Shown here piece after piece: positions 11,647 to 23,890 of a DNA stretch of 64,000 nucleotides; position 1 is the first letter of the stretch; each line of letters begins with the position of its first letter. The position numbers and the translations under genes were made by a program. Source of the DNA: Octopus sinensis (taxonomy: Eukaryota); the NCBI RefSeq assembly GCF_006345805.1, contig NC_043018.1, positions 20,894,001 through 20,958,000 on the forward strand, written 5' to 3'. The notes below the pieces were generated by a model. That model was not told the origin of the DNA and did no database searches. It saw nothing but the letters and a program-made list of their open reading frames with translations.

Positions 11647-11685
<39 letters not shown>

Positions 11686-11987
11686 CGACGGGCCTGTTTC
11701 AGTTTCCATCTACCAAATCCACTCACAAGGCTTTGGTCGGCCCGAGGCTATAGTAGAAGACATTTGCCCAAGGTGCCATTCAGTGGGACTGAACCCGGAA
11801 CCATGTGGTTGGTAAACAAGCTACTTACCACACAGCCACTCCTGCACCTAAACTCTTTTATGAAACTCTTTTACTTGTTTCAGTCATTTGACTGCAGCCA
11901 TGCTGGAGCACCACCTCCAGTCGAGCAAATTGACCCCGTGACTTATTCTTTGTAAGCCCAGTACTTATTCTATCGGTCTCTTTTGCC
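11441..11987 (-). mobile_element. SINE family A, full copy plus adjacent partial copy
   Basis: Full copy 11441-11846; 3' fragment 11867-11987. Confidence 0.88.
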
Positions 11988-12226
11988 GATCTTTTTTATT
12001 TTTATTTTTTTTATTAATGGCAGATCTCAAAGCGAATAAAACAATATATAAATAGCATGGAAATGTTGGGTTGAAAAAACCCTTTCATGGAAAAAGTTGA
12101 AAGGTGCTCATATGAACTTGGGATAAGCTGGAAAACGAAGCTGAGGAGCCAATGTTTTGAAATAAATTTGGAATGCATGCAACTTTATTGTTTTGTGAAA
12201 AAAAGAAATTGTAAATTAAAACTTAC

Positions 12227-12397
12227 GGAAGTAAATACTTCAAGGGACACTTGGATGGTAGCGATTCGTTTCCATTTATATCGCTGGAATAACTTGACTC
12301 GTGTCGGATTATGCAGCGTAGCTGAAGGATGAGTCCGAAAGAATGTCGGAAATCGATCTCGATTGGACAAAGCTGGGGAACTGGCACCATAAGCAAG
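12227..12397 (-). CDS. GABBR1: GABBR1 coding exon 3
   Basis: ccgcag|[57 protein letters not shown]|gtaagt; 171 nt, phase 0-0. Confidence 0.98.
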
Positions 12398-12448
12398 CTG
12401 CGGATATTGGAAAAAGTAAGAAGCAATGAAAGCAGCAAACAAACAAGA

Positions 12449-12480
<32 letters not shown>

Positions 12481-12698
12481 ATGTGAGTGTGAGAGAGAGA
12501 GAGAGACAGATAGACAGACAGAGAGCGTAGTTTCCAACTGTTACACATGAATTCAGAAAAAGCTAAGTATGGAAGTTTCTAGAAATGTAACAAATTATTG
12601 TGTAGCAATAATAATAATGATCAAGAGGTTTTCAACCATTTTTTTCATCTATGGACCCCTCTGGTTACTATTTTATTCTGGTGGACTCCCAAAGCCAT

Positions 12699-12926
12699 TT
12701 AACCCTTTTGTTACTGTATTTATTTTGAGATGCTCTGTATTTCTTTCAATTACTTTAAATATAACAAAGAATTTAGTAAAATAACTTAGTTACCATTAAG
12801 GTAGTGTTCAGAACATAAACTGTGACTAAGTTTTGGTGGAAGATTTTAATTCAAAATTTATGAAAACAAGACATTTGTACTCAGAGCCAGAGCTGGTTTC
12901 AGCCGGGTTGGTAACAAAAGGGTTAA
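12699..12926. mobile_element. piggyBac-type MITE family P2
   Basis: TTAA|CCCTTTTGTTAC...GTAACAAAAGGG|TTAA; an inverted homolog lies at 61573-61801. Confidence 0.85.
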
Positions 12927-13143
12927 TATTTAAAATCTAGTTTTATAGAAATTTCTTTCAAAATTCCTATTTTGTTTCCCCACATGTTCACTCATGTAGG
13001 ACGAACCAAGTAAAATGGTAGAGAAAGAAACTTAGCTGTTTCTTGCAATACATACACCTAAAGCAAGATTTTTTTTTTAGGGGCCCTTAAAATACTATTG
13101 TGGATCCTCAATTAACTATTTTGTTGCATGGGCCTCCAAAAAC

Positions 13144-13354
13144 CTGAAGAAAATTCTAACTGGGCCCCACCTGCAAGGTCATGCATTGTTTCTCTTGATA
13201 TGAGATCACCATGTCGATCACATATGGTTGTGATGCATGTGCCTGGTGTACCCTTATCAGACTGGTGGTCATGGTGGGTATATTGGGCTTTGTATATTTG
13301 TATTCCAGTGTGACTTTGATGGCATGCATTGTTCTTTTACTCTACAACAATAAC

Positions 13355-13400
<46 letters not shown>

Positions 13401-13960
13401 CCCTGATGCAGTACCAAGGTGTGGTTCTCATGGCTTCTGATCTTAACCGATTGGAAGTGTTATCATGTACATTGTTTTGTCTTGGTATAAAAGATGGGCT
13501 ACAGCAAAGATTCTGCTCAATACCACAGATTTGTTTGTCAGTTGTTTGACCTTAACCAGTTGAGCATGTCCCTTAGTGGCTGACGATATGTGCATCTCTG
13601 ATCATGAGCAGAAGTAGTGGGGGAGCATCATAGCCGTGTGTTGAAAGGAATTCTCTGGGTTTGGATAATTCACCTTTGGAAACATGGGTGTTTCATTCAA
13701 CATCCTTAAACAACCCTTATTCAGGGACCTTTTGAGCAGGCTACAGAAGAAAATTCTAACTGGGCCCCACCTGCAAGGTCATGCACTGTTTATCTTGATA
13801 TGAGATCACCATGTCGCACACATATGATTGTGATGCATGTGCCTGGTGTACCCTTATAATGATGGGTATACTGGGTAGTCATGATGGGTATACTGGGCTT
13901 TGTATATTTTACCCCAGTGTCACTTTGATGGCATGCACTGTGCTCTCACTCAAGAATAAC
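13144..13960 (+). mobile_element. (AAT)n-associated repeat: 3' fragment plus longer copy in tandem
   Basis: 13144-13345 is repeated at 13745-13950. The two copies are separated by (AAT)n at 13347-13397. Confidence 0.65.
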
Positions 13961-14180
13961 AATTCTTTTTACTATAAGCAAAAGGCTTAAAATTTTGGTG
14001 GGAAGGGACTAGTTAATTTCATCGACCCCAGTGCTCAACAGGTACTTATTTTATTACTCCCAAAAGGATTAAAGGCAAAATCGACATTTATGGTGTTCAT
14101 ATCAATTAACAGGTAGTTCTTGTTTATTTGTTTGTTTGTTTTGTTTTTTATAGTAATTACAAGTTTCATTATTTCAGTCC

Positions 14181-14236
<56 letters not shown>

Positions 14237-14264
14237 ATAAAGTGGTAGCAAAGTTAAAACTTAC

Positions 14265-14399
14265 AACAACAAGGTTCCACATTTTGGCAGCTTCTGCTAC
14301 AAACGTTGAAACAATGCTACAGCCGGTTAAAACCAGAATTTTGGTTGGTGGATTGTAGAGCAACTCATAGAGAACTTTAGTTCCAAGACCAGGCATACA
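14265..14399 (-). CDS. GABBR1: GABBR1 coding exon 2
   Basis: ttttag|[45 protein letters not shown]|gtaagt; 135 nt, phase 0-0; matches human [20 protein letters not shown]...WNLIV. Confidence 0.97.
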
Positions 14400-15207
14400 C
14401 TAAAAGAAAAATAAACAAAATTTATTGTAAATTCAATAGAATAGGAATGCAACAATATTCCTGGAGTCTGCTGCTACCAAGCATTCATCTTGTCAATAAT
14501 TACTGTATTTGATGGCCCATAAAATGCACCTTTTTTATCCAAAAATGGCTTTAAAAATCCCCCTATGTCCAATGCACTCAATGTAGGTTCAAAACTCACT
14601 CAAAACAGTATGTACATCTACAAAACGTGTGCCGCCATCTATTGGTGAACAATCACCTACGGTATGTTTATATCGAATGTGGTTGCAATAAGTTGCTTAT
14701 AATTACCAGTAATAACATAAAATTATACAGGTAAGTGGAGGAATTAAAACATTATTTTAGTGGTAATTTATCTTACAAAAAGTATAGCCTAGGCTGGGGT
14801 GCATCCTATTCACTCGTGCGTCTTGTAGGCCATCAAATACGGTAAAATATTCTTTAAGTCTTTTAGCTGCTTTCATCATAAGATTGTGGCCATGCTGGGG
14901 TATTACCTTGAAGGGTTTTTTTTTTTTAGTTTTCATATCAACTCTGGTACTTATATATGTACTAGCCTAAAATCCACACTCCCTGCAGACTTTTAAGCTA
15001 GCTCCTGTGGAGGGCTAATTAGGCCAAAACTAAAGAAAGCAATAATAATAAGGCATTTATTGGTACCCTACCAATATGGTCTTACCTTACCAATATGATC
15101 ACTCAGCCAATTTGACCCAAGTAAAAATCCTTGTCTCACTTCAAATGTGATTCTTCAAGCTTTTTTTCTTTGACCATTTACTTCTTTTTTTTTTTCATTC
15201 ATTTACA

Positions 15208-15360
15208 TATGGCTGTGTGGTAAGAAGCTTGCTTCCTAACCACATGGTTCTGGGTTCAGTATCAATGTGTGACACGTTGAGCAAGTGTCTTCTACTATAG
15301 CCTCAAGTCAACCAAGCCTTGTGAGTGGATTTATTAGATGGAAACTGAAAGAAGGCCGTC

Positions 15361-15456
<96 letters not shown>

Positions 15457-16080
15457 CTAGCTGTTGGACCCAGCATTGCTCATGTTTTCTGTGCTGAGGT
15501 TAAGCCCACTTCTGACCTTGTATTGAATAAGCATTTCCTTAGAGACTCTTCAATCGACTTTGTTGAAATTTTACACGTGAAAAAATGCAAAAGCTGGAGG
15601 AAAAATAACATCGTTATGGGAATTTCCATTCAAACGCACGACTGAGCTCGCAAAAATCAATGCCAACTGAGCATTATCAAGTTTTCAAAAAATTCCAGCT
15701 TTATTTGAACTTCATGGCATGTCATCTCCCTATGTGCCAAAAATCATTAAAATCGGTTCGGACGGTGTGGGAGGAGTTAGAGTAACCCCAAACACACACA
15801 CACACACAGACTGACACCATATATATAGATATATGTATGTATATATCTATAAGCCGTGTCCGTGTGTCTATGTTTGTCCCCCCCCCCCCCATCACAACTT
15901 GATAATTGGTGTTGGTATGTTTACATCCCCACAACTTAGCAGTTCAGCAAAAGAGACCGACAGAATAAGTGCTAGGCTTAAAAATAAGTCCTGAGGTCAA
16001 TTTGTTCAACTAAAATCCATCAGGACAGTGCTCCAGTATGGCCGCAGTCAAATGACTGAAACAAGTAAAAGAATAAAAGA
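15208..16080 (+). mobile_element. SINE family A split by a Helitron-like insertion in its internal (TA)n
   Basis: 5' half at 15208-15362 and 3' half at about 15835-16080 flank the element at 15457-15829. Confidence 0.75.
15457..15829 (-). mobile_element. Helitron-like element, third family
   Basis: On the minus strand: A|TCTATATATAT start, GAGCAATGCTGGG hairpin remnant, CTAG|T end. Confidence 0.65.
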
Positions 16081-16250
16081 ATACATCTCCTGGATGATGA
16101 AACTCTACATCTACAAGACGTCGGCTCTCTTCATACTCCTCTATGGAGCAGGAACTTGGACCTTCTCAAAGACCCCAGCAAAGAGGATCAATAGCTTCGA
16201 TAGCAGAGCCCTGAGAACCATTGAGATCATCACATGGTACCATCATGTTC
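16081..16250 (+). mobile_element. RTE LINE fragment
   Basis: KLYIYKTSALFILLYGAGTWTFSKTPAKRINSFDSRALRTIE. Confidence 0.7.
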
Positions 16251-16251
16251 T

Positions 16252-16627
16252 GTGGAGGCGCAATGGCCCAGTGGTTAGGGCAGCGGACTCGCGGTCGTAG
16301 GATTGCGGTTTCGATTCCCAGAGTGAGTGTTTATTGAGCGAAAACACCTAAAGCTCCACGAGGCTCCAGCAGGGGGTGGTGGCGACCCCTGCTGTACTCT
16401 TTCACCACAACTTTCTCTCACTCTTACTTCCTGTTTCTGTTGTATCTGTAATTCAAAGGGCCAGCCTTGTCACATTCTGTGTCATGCTGAATATCCCCGA
16501 GAACTACATTAAGGGTACACGTGTCTGTCCAGTGCTCAGCCACTTACACGTTAATTTCATGAGCAGGCTGTTCCGTTGATCGGATCAACCGGAACCCTCA
16601 TCGTCGTAACCGACGGAGTGCTTCCAC
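16252..16627 (+). mobile_element. tRNA-derived SINE family C
   Basis: Head TGGCCCAGTGGTTAGGGCAGCGGACTC...GTTTCGATTCCC. Other copies at 44788-45175 (+) and 45382-45765 (-). Confidence 0.85.
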
Positions 16628-17249
16628 CATCATGTTTCTAACAAAGAACTACGTGTACACACACATCACATCACAGCCTCCTACCTCATAGGTAGTGGTG
16701 GTATTGGTGGTGGTGGTGGTGGCAGAGGTGATTATGGTGGTAGTGACAATGTTGATGATGGTGGTGGTGGTGACAATATTGATGATGGTGGTTGTGGTGA
16801 TGGTGATGACGATGATGATGTTGATAATATTGATTGTTTTCCTGCCATGAAAAAAAATTTTCCAAGTAAAGCTCAGCAAAATATATTTCCAAGATTAAGA
16901 TAATCATCTCAGTTTTAAAAGTCACACAGATAACAATTAAATGGATCTTCTTAACATTTTATTAATTCTTTTTATCTCGTTCCTATCCAAATCAAAACAT
17001 AATTTCTACACTTGTCATTCCTAAATGTCTTCAGTCGACGTTTAGAAACAACATTTGCTTCTCAGGAATTTCTTTTTTTTCTCTTTAGTAGCATTTTTTT
17101 TCATTTTTCTTTTTGTTTTCGTTTCGTTTCGTCTCACTTTGTGGGAGGAAATCTGACAAGTTGGATTAAAGTCTGACGGAGGGAAAGAAAAAAAAGATCA
17201 GTACGTGACATTAATGCTTATATAGATCCTTAAGATAATAGACAACAGG

Positions 17250-18465
17250 TGATGGTGGCAGTGGTGGAGGTGGTGGTGGTGGTCTTGGTGGTAGTGGTGG
17301 TGTAGCAGAGGAGCAGGGATGGGGAAGGAGGGAGGGGATGCGGTGTGGCGGAAGAATAGGAGGGTGATGAAGAGGGGAGGAATATGAGGCTGATGATGAG
17401 GAGGGTGAGAAGGAGGAGGAGGATGAGGAAGAAGAAGAAGAAGAAGAGGAGGAGGAGGAGGAGGAGGAAGAAGAAGAGGAGGAGGAGGGGAGGAGGAGGG
17501 GAGGAGGAGGAAGTGGAGGAGGAGGATGTGGAGGAGGAGGAAGAAAAAGAGGGTGAGGAGAGGAGGAGGAGGGTGAGGAGATGAGGAGGAGGAAGAGGAG
17601 GGTGAGGAAGATGAGGAGGAGGAAGAGAGGGGTGAGAAGAGGAGGAGGAGGAGGAAGAAGAAGAAGAAGAAGGAAGAGGAGGAGGAGGAAGACGAAGAAG
17701 AGGAGAAGAGGAGGAGGGGAGGGTTGATTGAAGAGGAGGAGGTGGAGGAGGAGGAAGAAGAAGAGGAGCAGAAGAGGAGGAGAGAGAGAAGAAGAAGAAG
17801 AGGAGAGGAGGAGGAGGGTGATGAAGAGGAGGAGGTGGAGAGGAGGAGGAGAAGAAGAGGAAGCAGAAGAGGAAGGAGGAAAGAAGAGAAGAAGAAGAGG
17901 AGGAGGAGGAGGTGATGAAGAGGAGGAGGTGGAGGAGGAGGAAGAAGAAGAGGAAGCAGAAGAGGAGGAGAGAGAAGAAGAAGAAGAAGAAGAGGAGGAG
18001 GAGGAGGGTGATGAAGAGGAGGAGGTGGAGGAGGAGGAAGAAGAAGAGGAAGCAGAGAGAGGGGAGAGGAGAGAGAGAAGAAGAAGAAGGAGGAGGCGGG
18101 AGGAAGGAGGAGGAGAGGAGGGTTGTGGGTGAGAGAAAAGAGAGAGGAGGAGGTGGAGGAGGAGGAAGGAAGAAGAGGGGAGGAAAAAGAAGAGAAGGAA
18201 GAAGAGCAGTAAGAGAGGAAGGGAAGAAGAAGAAGAAAGAGAAGAAGAAGAAGGAAGAAGAGAAGAGAGGAGGGAAGAAAGAAGAAGAAGAAAGAAAAAG
18301 AAGAAAGAAAGAGGAAGGGGAAGAGAAAAGAAGAAGAAGAGAAAAGAAGAAGAAGAAGAAGAAGAAGAGAGAAGAAGAAGAGGAGGGAAGGAGGAGGAGG
18401 AGGAGGAGGAAGAAGAAGAAGAAGAAGAAGAAGAAGAAGAGGTGGAAGAAGAGGAGGAATGGTTA
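17250..18465. repeat. About 1.2-kb polypurine (GAG/GAA)n low-complexity tract
   Basis: Almost pure A/G on the plus strand; a higher-order unit GGTGATGAAGAGGAGGAGGTGGAG recurs at 17810-18060. Confidence 0.95.
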
Positions 18466-18779
18466 AGCAGCCTCTCCTAGCTGTATTCTCCAGCCTACAG
18501 AGAGAAACTGAAAGCAATCCCATTTTCCTCAAATCACACTGCTTGCCCACTTTTCAAAAGGTTAACTACAGAACATCACTTCCCTCTCTGCTCCTCTCAC
18601 CTTCTTGTTTCATTAAAATGGGATTTGAAGACAATGATGAGGTCTTGGCTGTAAGGAAAAGGTCTGTCTGCAGTACCTTCAGTCATGTCTACCACATATC
18701 TTTTGCCATAGACACTAGAATGAAGAAAATTCTCCCCTTGCTAACCAAAAGAAAATGATGGGCAACGATCTTCCTGGTG

Positions 18780-19940
18780 GAATCAGCTGATGACCAGATC
18801 TGCTTAACATGTGACAACAGCCATTTGACAGAACTCCATAAGTTAGTAATGTTCTGACACTGAACAAGTTTGGGCAAAATTGAACAAGTTCATGGGATGC
18901 TACAAAGGTCCCTATGGCTGTAAAGATCAATTATTGATCAATAAATTCATAACCAAAGAGTGTAGAAGAAGAAAGAAAGATCAGAACATGACATGGATTG
19001 ATTACCGGAAGGTTTTGGCAATATTTCCTGCACATGGATCCTGGAAACATAAGCCATGAGTAGCTAGTGCCAACAATAAAGTGATACATTAAACACATTA
19101 TCAGTAAATGGTAAAGAATCCTGCCAATACAGATGAAAGGAGGGAATATCAAAAACTATTCCCTTGGAATATTCATCTTATAGATGAATATTCCAAGGGA
19201 ACTTCCTCTCTCCTTTTTAGCCAGGTGCTAACATCTTTAACCATTTTAATACCAACCCACCTGAGATCACCACTTTTTCTATGATACAAACCTACTTGAT
19301 GACGATGGTGGTGGTTATGGCGGTGGTGGTTATGGTGGTAAGGATGATTCTTTTACTGCCATTAAAAAATTCCAATAAAGCTAACCAAAATCTAAATGAC
19401 ATTCTTCTATCAAAATTCCATGTCATATGTCCCAAACACCTGCTTAATAATGACAAATTTATTTCACTAAATTCTTCGTTATTCTAAAAATTAATTAAAA
19501 CAAAAGTAGTGGATTTCACTGAAAATAAACAAGCAAAAGGGTTAAAGCAAATTTAAAAGTGTTAAATTTGTAATTGAAGGCAATTTTATGAGAAGAAAGT
19601 CAGCTTCCTTTTGTATATGGATTATCTCATATGGACTATATGGATTATTACTGCAGATGATAAACAACTAGAAACACTTCCACAAACAGTACATGGACCT
19701 ACTGAAAGAATTTATATAGGATTTGAATAAATAAAATGTACCAAGAAAAGCTTGAAAAGAAGGAAATTAATTAAGAGCATGAATACCTGTTCAGGAAAGA
19801 AACTGAGATGATTCACTTTGAGCAAACACAGACTTTCAAATACTTAGGAATCAATGAATTAAACAGAGAACAGCAGATACAAATGAAAAAAAAAGGATTA
19901 GGAAGGAATATTACAGGCTTGTAAGATTAATACTTTAAAA
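18780..19940 (+). mobile_element. Decayed R4/Dong-like (RLE-type) non-LTR retrotransposon RT fragments
   Basis: GPYGCKDQLLINKFITKECRRRKKDQNMTWIDYRK (18883-19017) and EQTQTFKYLGINE...IRKEYYRLVRLIL (19820-19940). Confidence 0.75.
19237..19545. mobile_element. piggyBac-type MITE (P2-related) inserted in an R4/Dong-like remnant
   Basis: TTAACCATTT...AAAAGGGTTAA; lies between the two RT fragments. Confidence 0.6.
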
Positions 19941-21299
19941 TGACAATGGGATTATACCTAGAAAGTTACCTTCCAAGAAACAAGTTGGGCAAGGTTGTTT
20001 ATGGAAGACCAGCAGTCACCTATGCATACCAGCCTCCCCTATCCATGCCACTGATGTTATCCAAGGGAGACGAAAAGGGGCCGACACAGTTTGGCATCAG
20101 TGATGTTGGAACTCATTTCTACAGCTGAGTGAACTGGAGCAGCGTGAAATAAAGTGTCTTGCTCAAGAACACAACACGCAGCCTGGTCCAGGAATGAAAT
20201 TCACTGTATCACGACTGTGAACCAACCTGATGTTCTAACGACCGAGTCATGCGCCTTCACAATGGTCACCTGCTAAATTCCTTGCTGAACTCATTACCAA
20301 TTCTAACTCTGCTGACTGCATCTTTGTATATGTCTAGTGTGGTTCTCACAAACCATTCACCATCATCATCATCATTACCATCATTTTAATGTTCATGTTT
20401 CCATGTTTCTGTGATTGGACAGATTTTATTGAAGCAGATTTTCTACAACCTGATGCCCTTCCTGTTGCCAACCCTTATCACTTTCAAGGCTAAAGTAATA
20501 TTTCCCCCTAGTTAGGTATGCTTTTTGCAGACTACTGGAAATGAAAGACACTGCTTATATAACCATGACTCTCCTTTACAACAGTCATGTGATGTCAAGA
20601 CACACACAACAGGCTTCTTTCAGTTTCCATCCTTCAAATCCACTCACCTCACAAGGCTTTTCTCAGAGCAGTGCCATAGAAGACACTTGCCCAAGATGCC
20701 ACTCAGTGGAACTGAACCCAGAACCACATGGTTGGGAAGTAAAGTTCATAATCACACAGCCATGCCTGAATTTTCACACGGGTTTTCTTAATGACCACCA
20801 GATTACAAAACACTATGTCCAGTCAAAGGACTTCACCAGATCAACAAAAGCTAGTACAGTGAAATTCTCCCATGATTATTTCAGTAGCAAGATGGTATCA
20901 GCCATGCCCTGCCTTGACACAAAGCATCATAACTAAGTTAAACCATCCATCCAGCTTCTGCCCCCGACTATTCCTAGCAGGGTTGTGGGGTAGAGTCCTC
21001 AGGCACCTCCTCCATAGGGTCCTATCAGCAAAAACTGTCGTTACACTTCTGGCTGGGTTCCCAAGCATGACCAACTGAGACTTTTGCCTTTTCTTTTACT
21101 TGTTTCAGTCATTTGACTGTGGCCATGCTGCAGCACCACCCTGAAGAGTTTTAGTCAAGCAAATTGACCCCAAGGCTTTTTTTTTTTAAGCCTAGTATTT
21201 ATTCTAATGGTCTCTTTTGCTGAACCACTAAGCTATGGGGATATAAACATACCAGCACTGATTGTCAAGCAGTAGTTGGGGACAAACACACACACACAC

Positions 21300-21340
<41 letters not shown>

Positions 21341-21644
21341 AACCACATGTGAATCGTTGGCGATTTTTTTTCCTCCGTCTTCCTTTTCTGTTGGACTTTC
21401 CTCCGTCTACTGTTTCTAATGAAGAGCTTTGCTCAAAATGTAAACCCTTTCTTTCCTTCCCTGAGCGTCATCTGCTAATTCTTTGCAAGTACCCCGTCTT
21501 CACATTTTTTCTTGTTTGTACTTTGTTTTTTGGGTTCGGTCCCACTGCGTGGCACCTTGGGCAAGTGTCTTCTGCTATAGCCTCAGGCCGGCCAAAGCCT
21601 TGTGAGTGGATTTGGTAGAAGGAAACTGAAAGAAGCCCGTCGTA

Positions 21645-21688
<44 letters not shown>

Positions 21689-22011
21689 GATATTATTGTT
21701 TATGATAATATCAGTGGCTTAGCATGCGTAAAAACCCATAACGGTAAAAATTCTTTAAGTGAAAATTTGTGGTTTTGTCATTTTGACTGCTATATTTAGC
21801 TTGCCGGTACTGCTTGTTAGTACTCTTAATTATTAATATATATTATATATATATATATATACGACGGGTGTCTTTCAGTTTCCGTCTACCAAATCCACTC
21901 ACAAGGCTTTGGTCGGTCCAAGGCTATAGTAGGTGCCATGCAGTGGGAGTGAACTCAGCACCATGTGGTAGGGAAGCAAGCTTCTTACCACACAGTCATG
22001 CCTGTGTCTAC

Positions 22012-22285
22012 AGATGTTATCCAACCATCTTGTTTTTGGTCTACCCCTAAGTCTCATACCAGTTAGCTTAACCTGATGAATCCATCTTGTGATTCATTTC
22101 TGCAACATCCTAATCACATGTCCGTAGCGACTTCTTTATACGGACAAACTGTGACCCCCTGGTCTCCGAGCTTCACATCCAGAAAAGGGTGATGTTACTC
22201 CAGAGATCTTTCAGAGGTACCCCATCTCGTCCGCTTGTATTCGCGATCATACCCTATGAGTCATTACCCGATATTCACGGCTAAG
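22012..22285 (-). mobile_element. RTE LINE fragment
   Basis: SWVMTHRV*SRIQADEMG, RYGHVIRM, KLTGMRLRGRPKTRWLDN across frameshifts. Confidence 0.7.
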
Positions 22286-22294
22286 TTAATTCTC

Positions 22295-22733
22295 GGATCT
22301 TTTCGGTTTGAACGGCAGTTTTTTTCTAGCGGTGTCATATGAAATTGTCACCCATAATTATGACCCTAGTATCGATCTATTGCATTTCAATCTGTTTTAG
22401 GGTTAGGGTTAGTTAGAGTTAGTTAGGGTTAGATGTGGGGGGAAGGGTACCTTTTTTTATTCATAAATGTAAATAAACCCAATCTGTTTCTTAAACGAGT
22501 GACATATTCATACGGCACAGAATGTTTTCACCTCAATAGACGTCATTGATTGGTTGAAATTGCAGAAATTGAAGAAGAAAAAAGCAACAAATTCTTACAA
22601 ACTATAGAATTTTCTCAATAAAGCCAAAAGAAAAAGATGTTTTATAAACACATTCTACCAGTATACGAAGTTTAAAATTTTTTAGTTACCTAGAAATTAT
22701 TTTAAAAAACTGCCGTTCAAACCGAAAAGATCC
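22295..22733. mobile_element. MITE with about 30-bp GG-starting TIRs and 8-bp TSD (Merlin-like)
   Basis: TIR GGATCTTTTCGGTTTGAACGGCAGTTTTTT; TSD TAATTCTC at 22287-22294 and 22734-22741. Confidence 0.85.
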
Positions 22734-23334
22734 TAATTCTCTACTTAATCTATTGTGTCCTTTTTTTTCCTTCCGTTACGGTTCATAAAAAATTGTCCGT
22801 CCGTCAATTCGACACCTCTATAATTACTTCTTCCAACTGCATCTTCTTCTTGACCCTTGCTGCAATCAACTTGTAATACAGCGTTGCCATTCATTACCTG
22901 TAACACCTACCTGTAAAACTACCTACCTGACTGGCAAGGTGAGTGACTCGCACGTCCTGTCTGCAAAGCCAGCTATTTCCAGCATCTCAGCAATTATTTC
23001 TGGTGACACAGCTAATTCCCCTACCTTCATACGAATTATTTAATCACGCATTTGACCGTAAAACTGTCAACTCGTTTGTTTATCCTACAGCAGTCCTTCT
23101 CTCTCTCTGCCTGTCTCCCTCCCATGTATGTATTCTCTTCAATAATATTTCCAAGGCAACATTTCATAATTTTTTTCTTTTTTTTTTAAATCTCTCTTCC
23201 TGACCTCAAAGGGGATGGACACGTCGTTGTCATTCTCCAACACCGACGTCGTCATGATTCACACAAAATCAATAATAAAATTAATTTTGATGGTTAAGTT
23301 TTGAATAAACTTTTATATATAATATAATATCACA

Positions 23335-23406
<72 letters not shown>

Positions 23407-23494
23407 AATATAATATATTGGTTCTTTGGCTGCTATTTCTAAACTTCGGTATGTGGTAAAGCAAATCTTTGCTGAACCCCAATTATAAAGTATA

Positions 23495-23525
<31 letters not shown>

Positions 23526-23851
23526 GTATGTATGTGTGTGTGAGAATGTGTTTGTGTATGTATGTATGTGTGTGTGTGTGAGTGTGTATGTATGTATGTA
23601 TGTATGTGTGAGTGTGTATATGTAGTATGTATGTATGTATGTATGTATGTATGTATGTATGTATGTGTGTGTATGTATGTATGTGTGTGTATGTATGTAT
23701 GTGTGTGTGAGTGTGTATGTATGTGTGTGTGTGTATGTATGTATGTATATGTGTGAGTGTGTGTATGTATGTATGTATGTGTGTGTGTATGTATGTATGT
23801 GTGTGTGTGTATGTATGTATGTGTGTGTGTGTGAGTGTGTATGTATGTATG

Positions 23852-23885
<34 letters not shown>

Positions 23886-23890
23886 CATAT
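23335..23890. repeat. Compound (TA)n/(TATG)n/(TG)n microsatellite
   Basis: Seen directly in the sequence. Confidence 0.95.

Noticed and set aside
17198-18550. 450-aa Leu/Pro/Ser ORF and overlapping Glu/Arg/Lys ORFs
   Set aside because: Translations of the GAG/GAA tract, which lacks stop codons by composition; intronic, with no splice or homology support.
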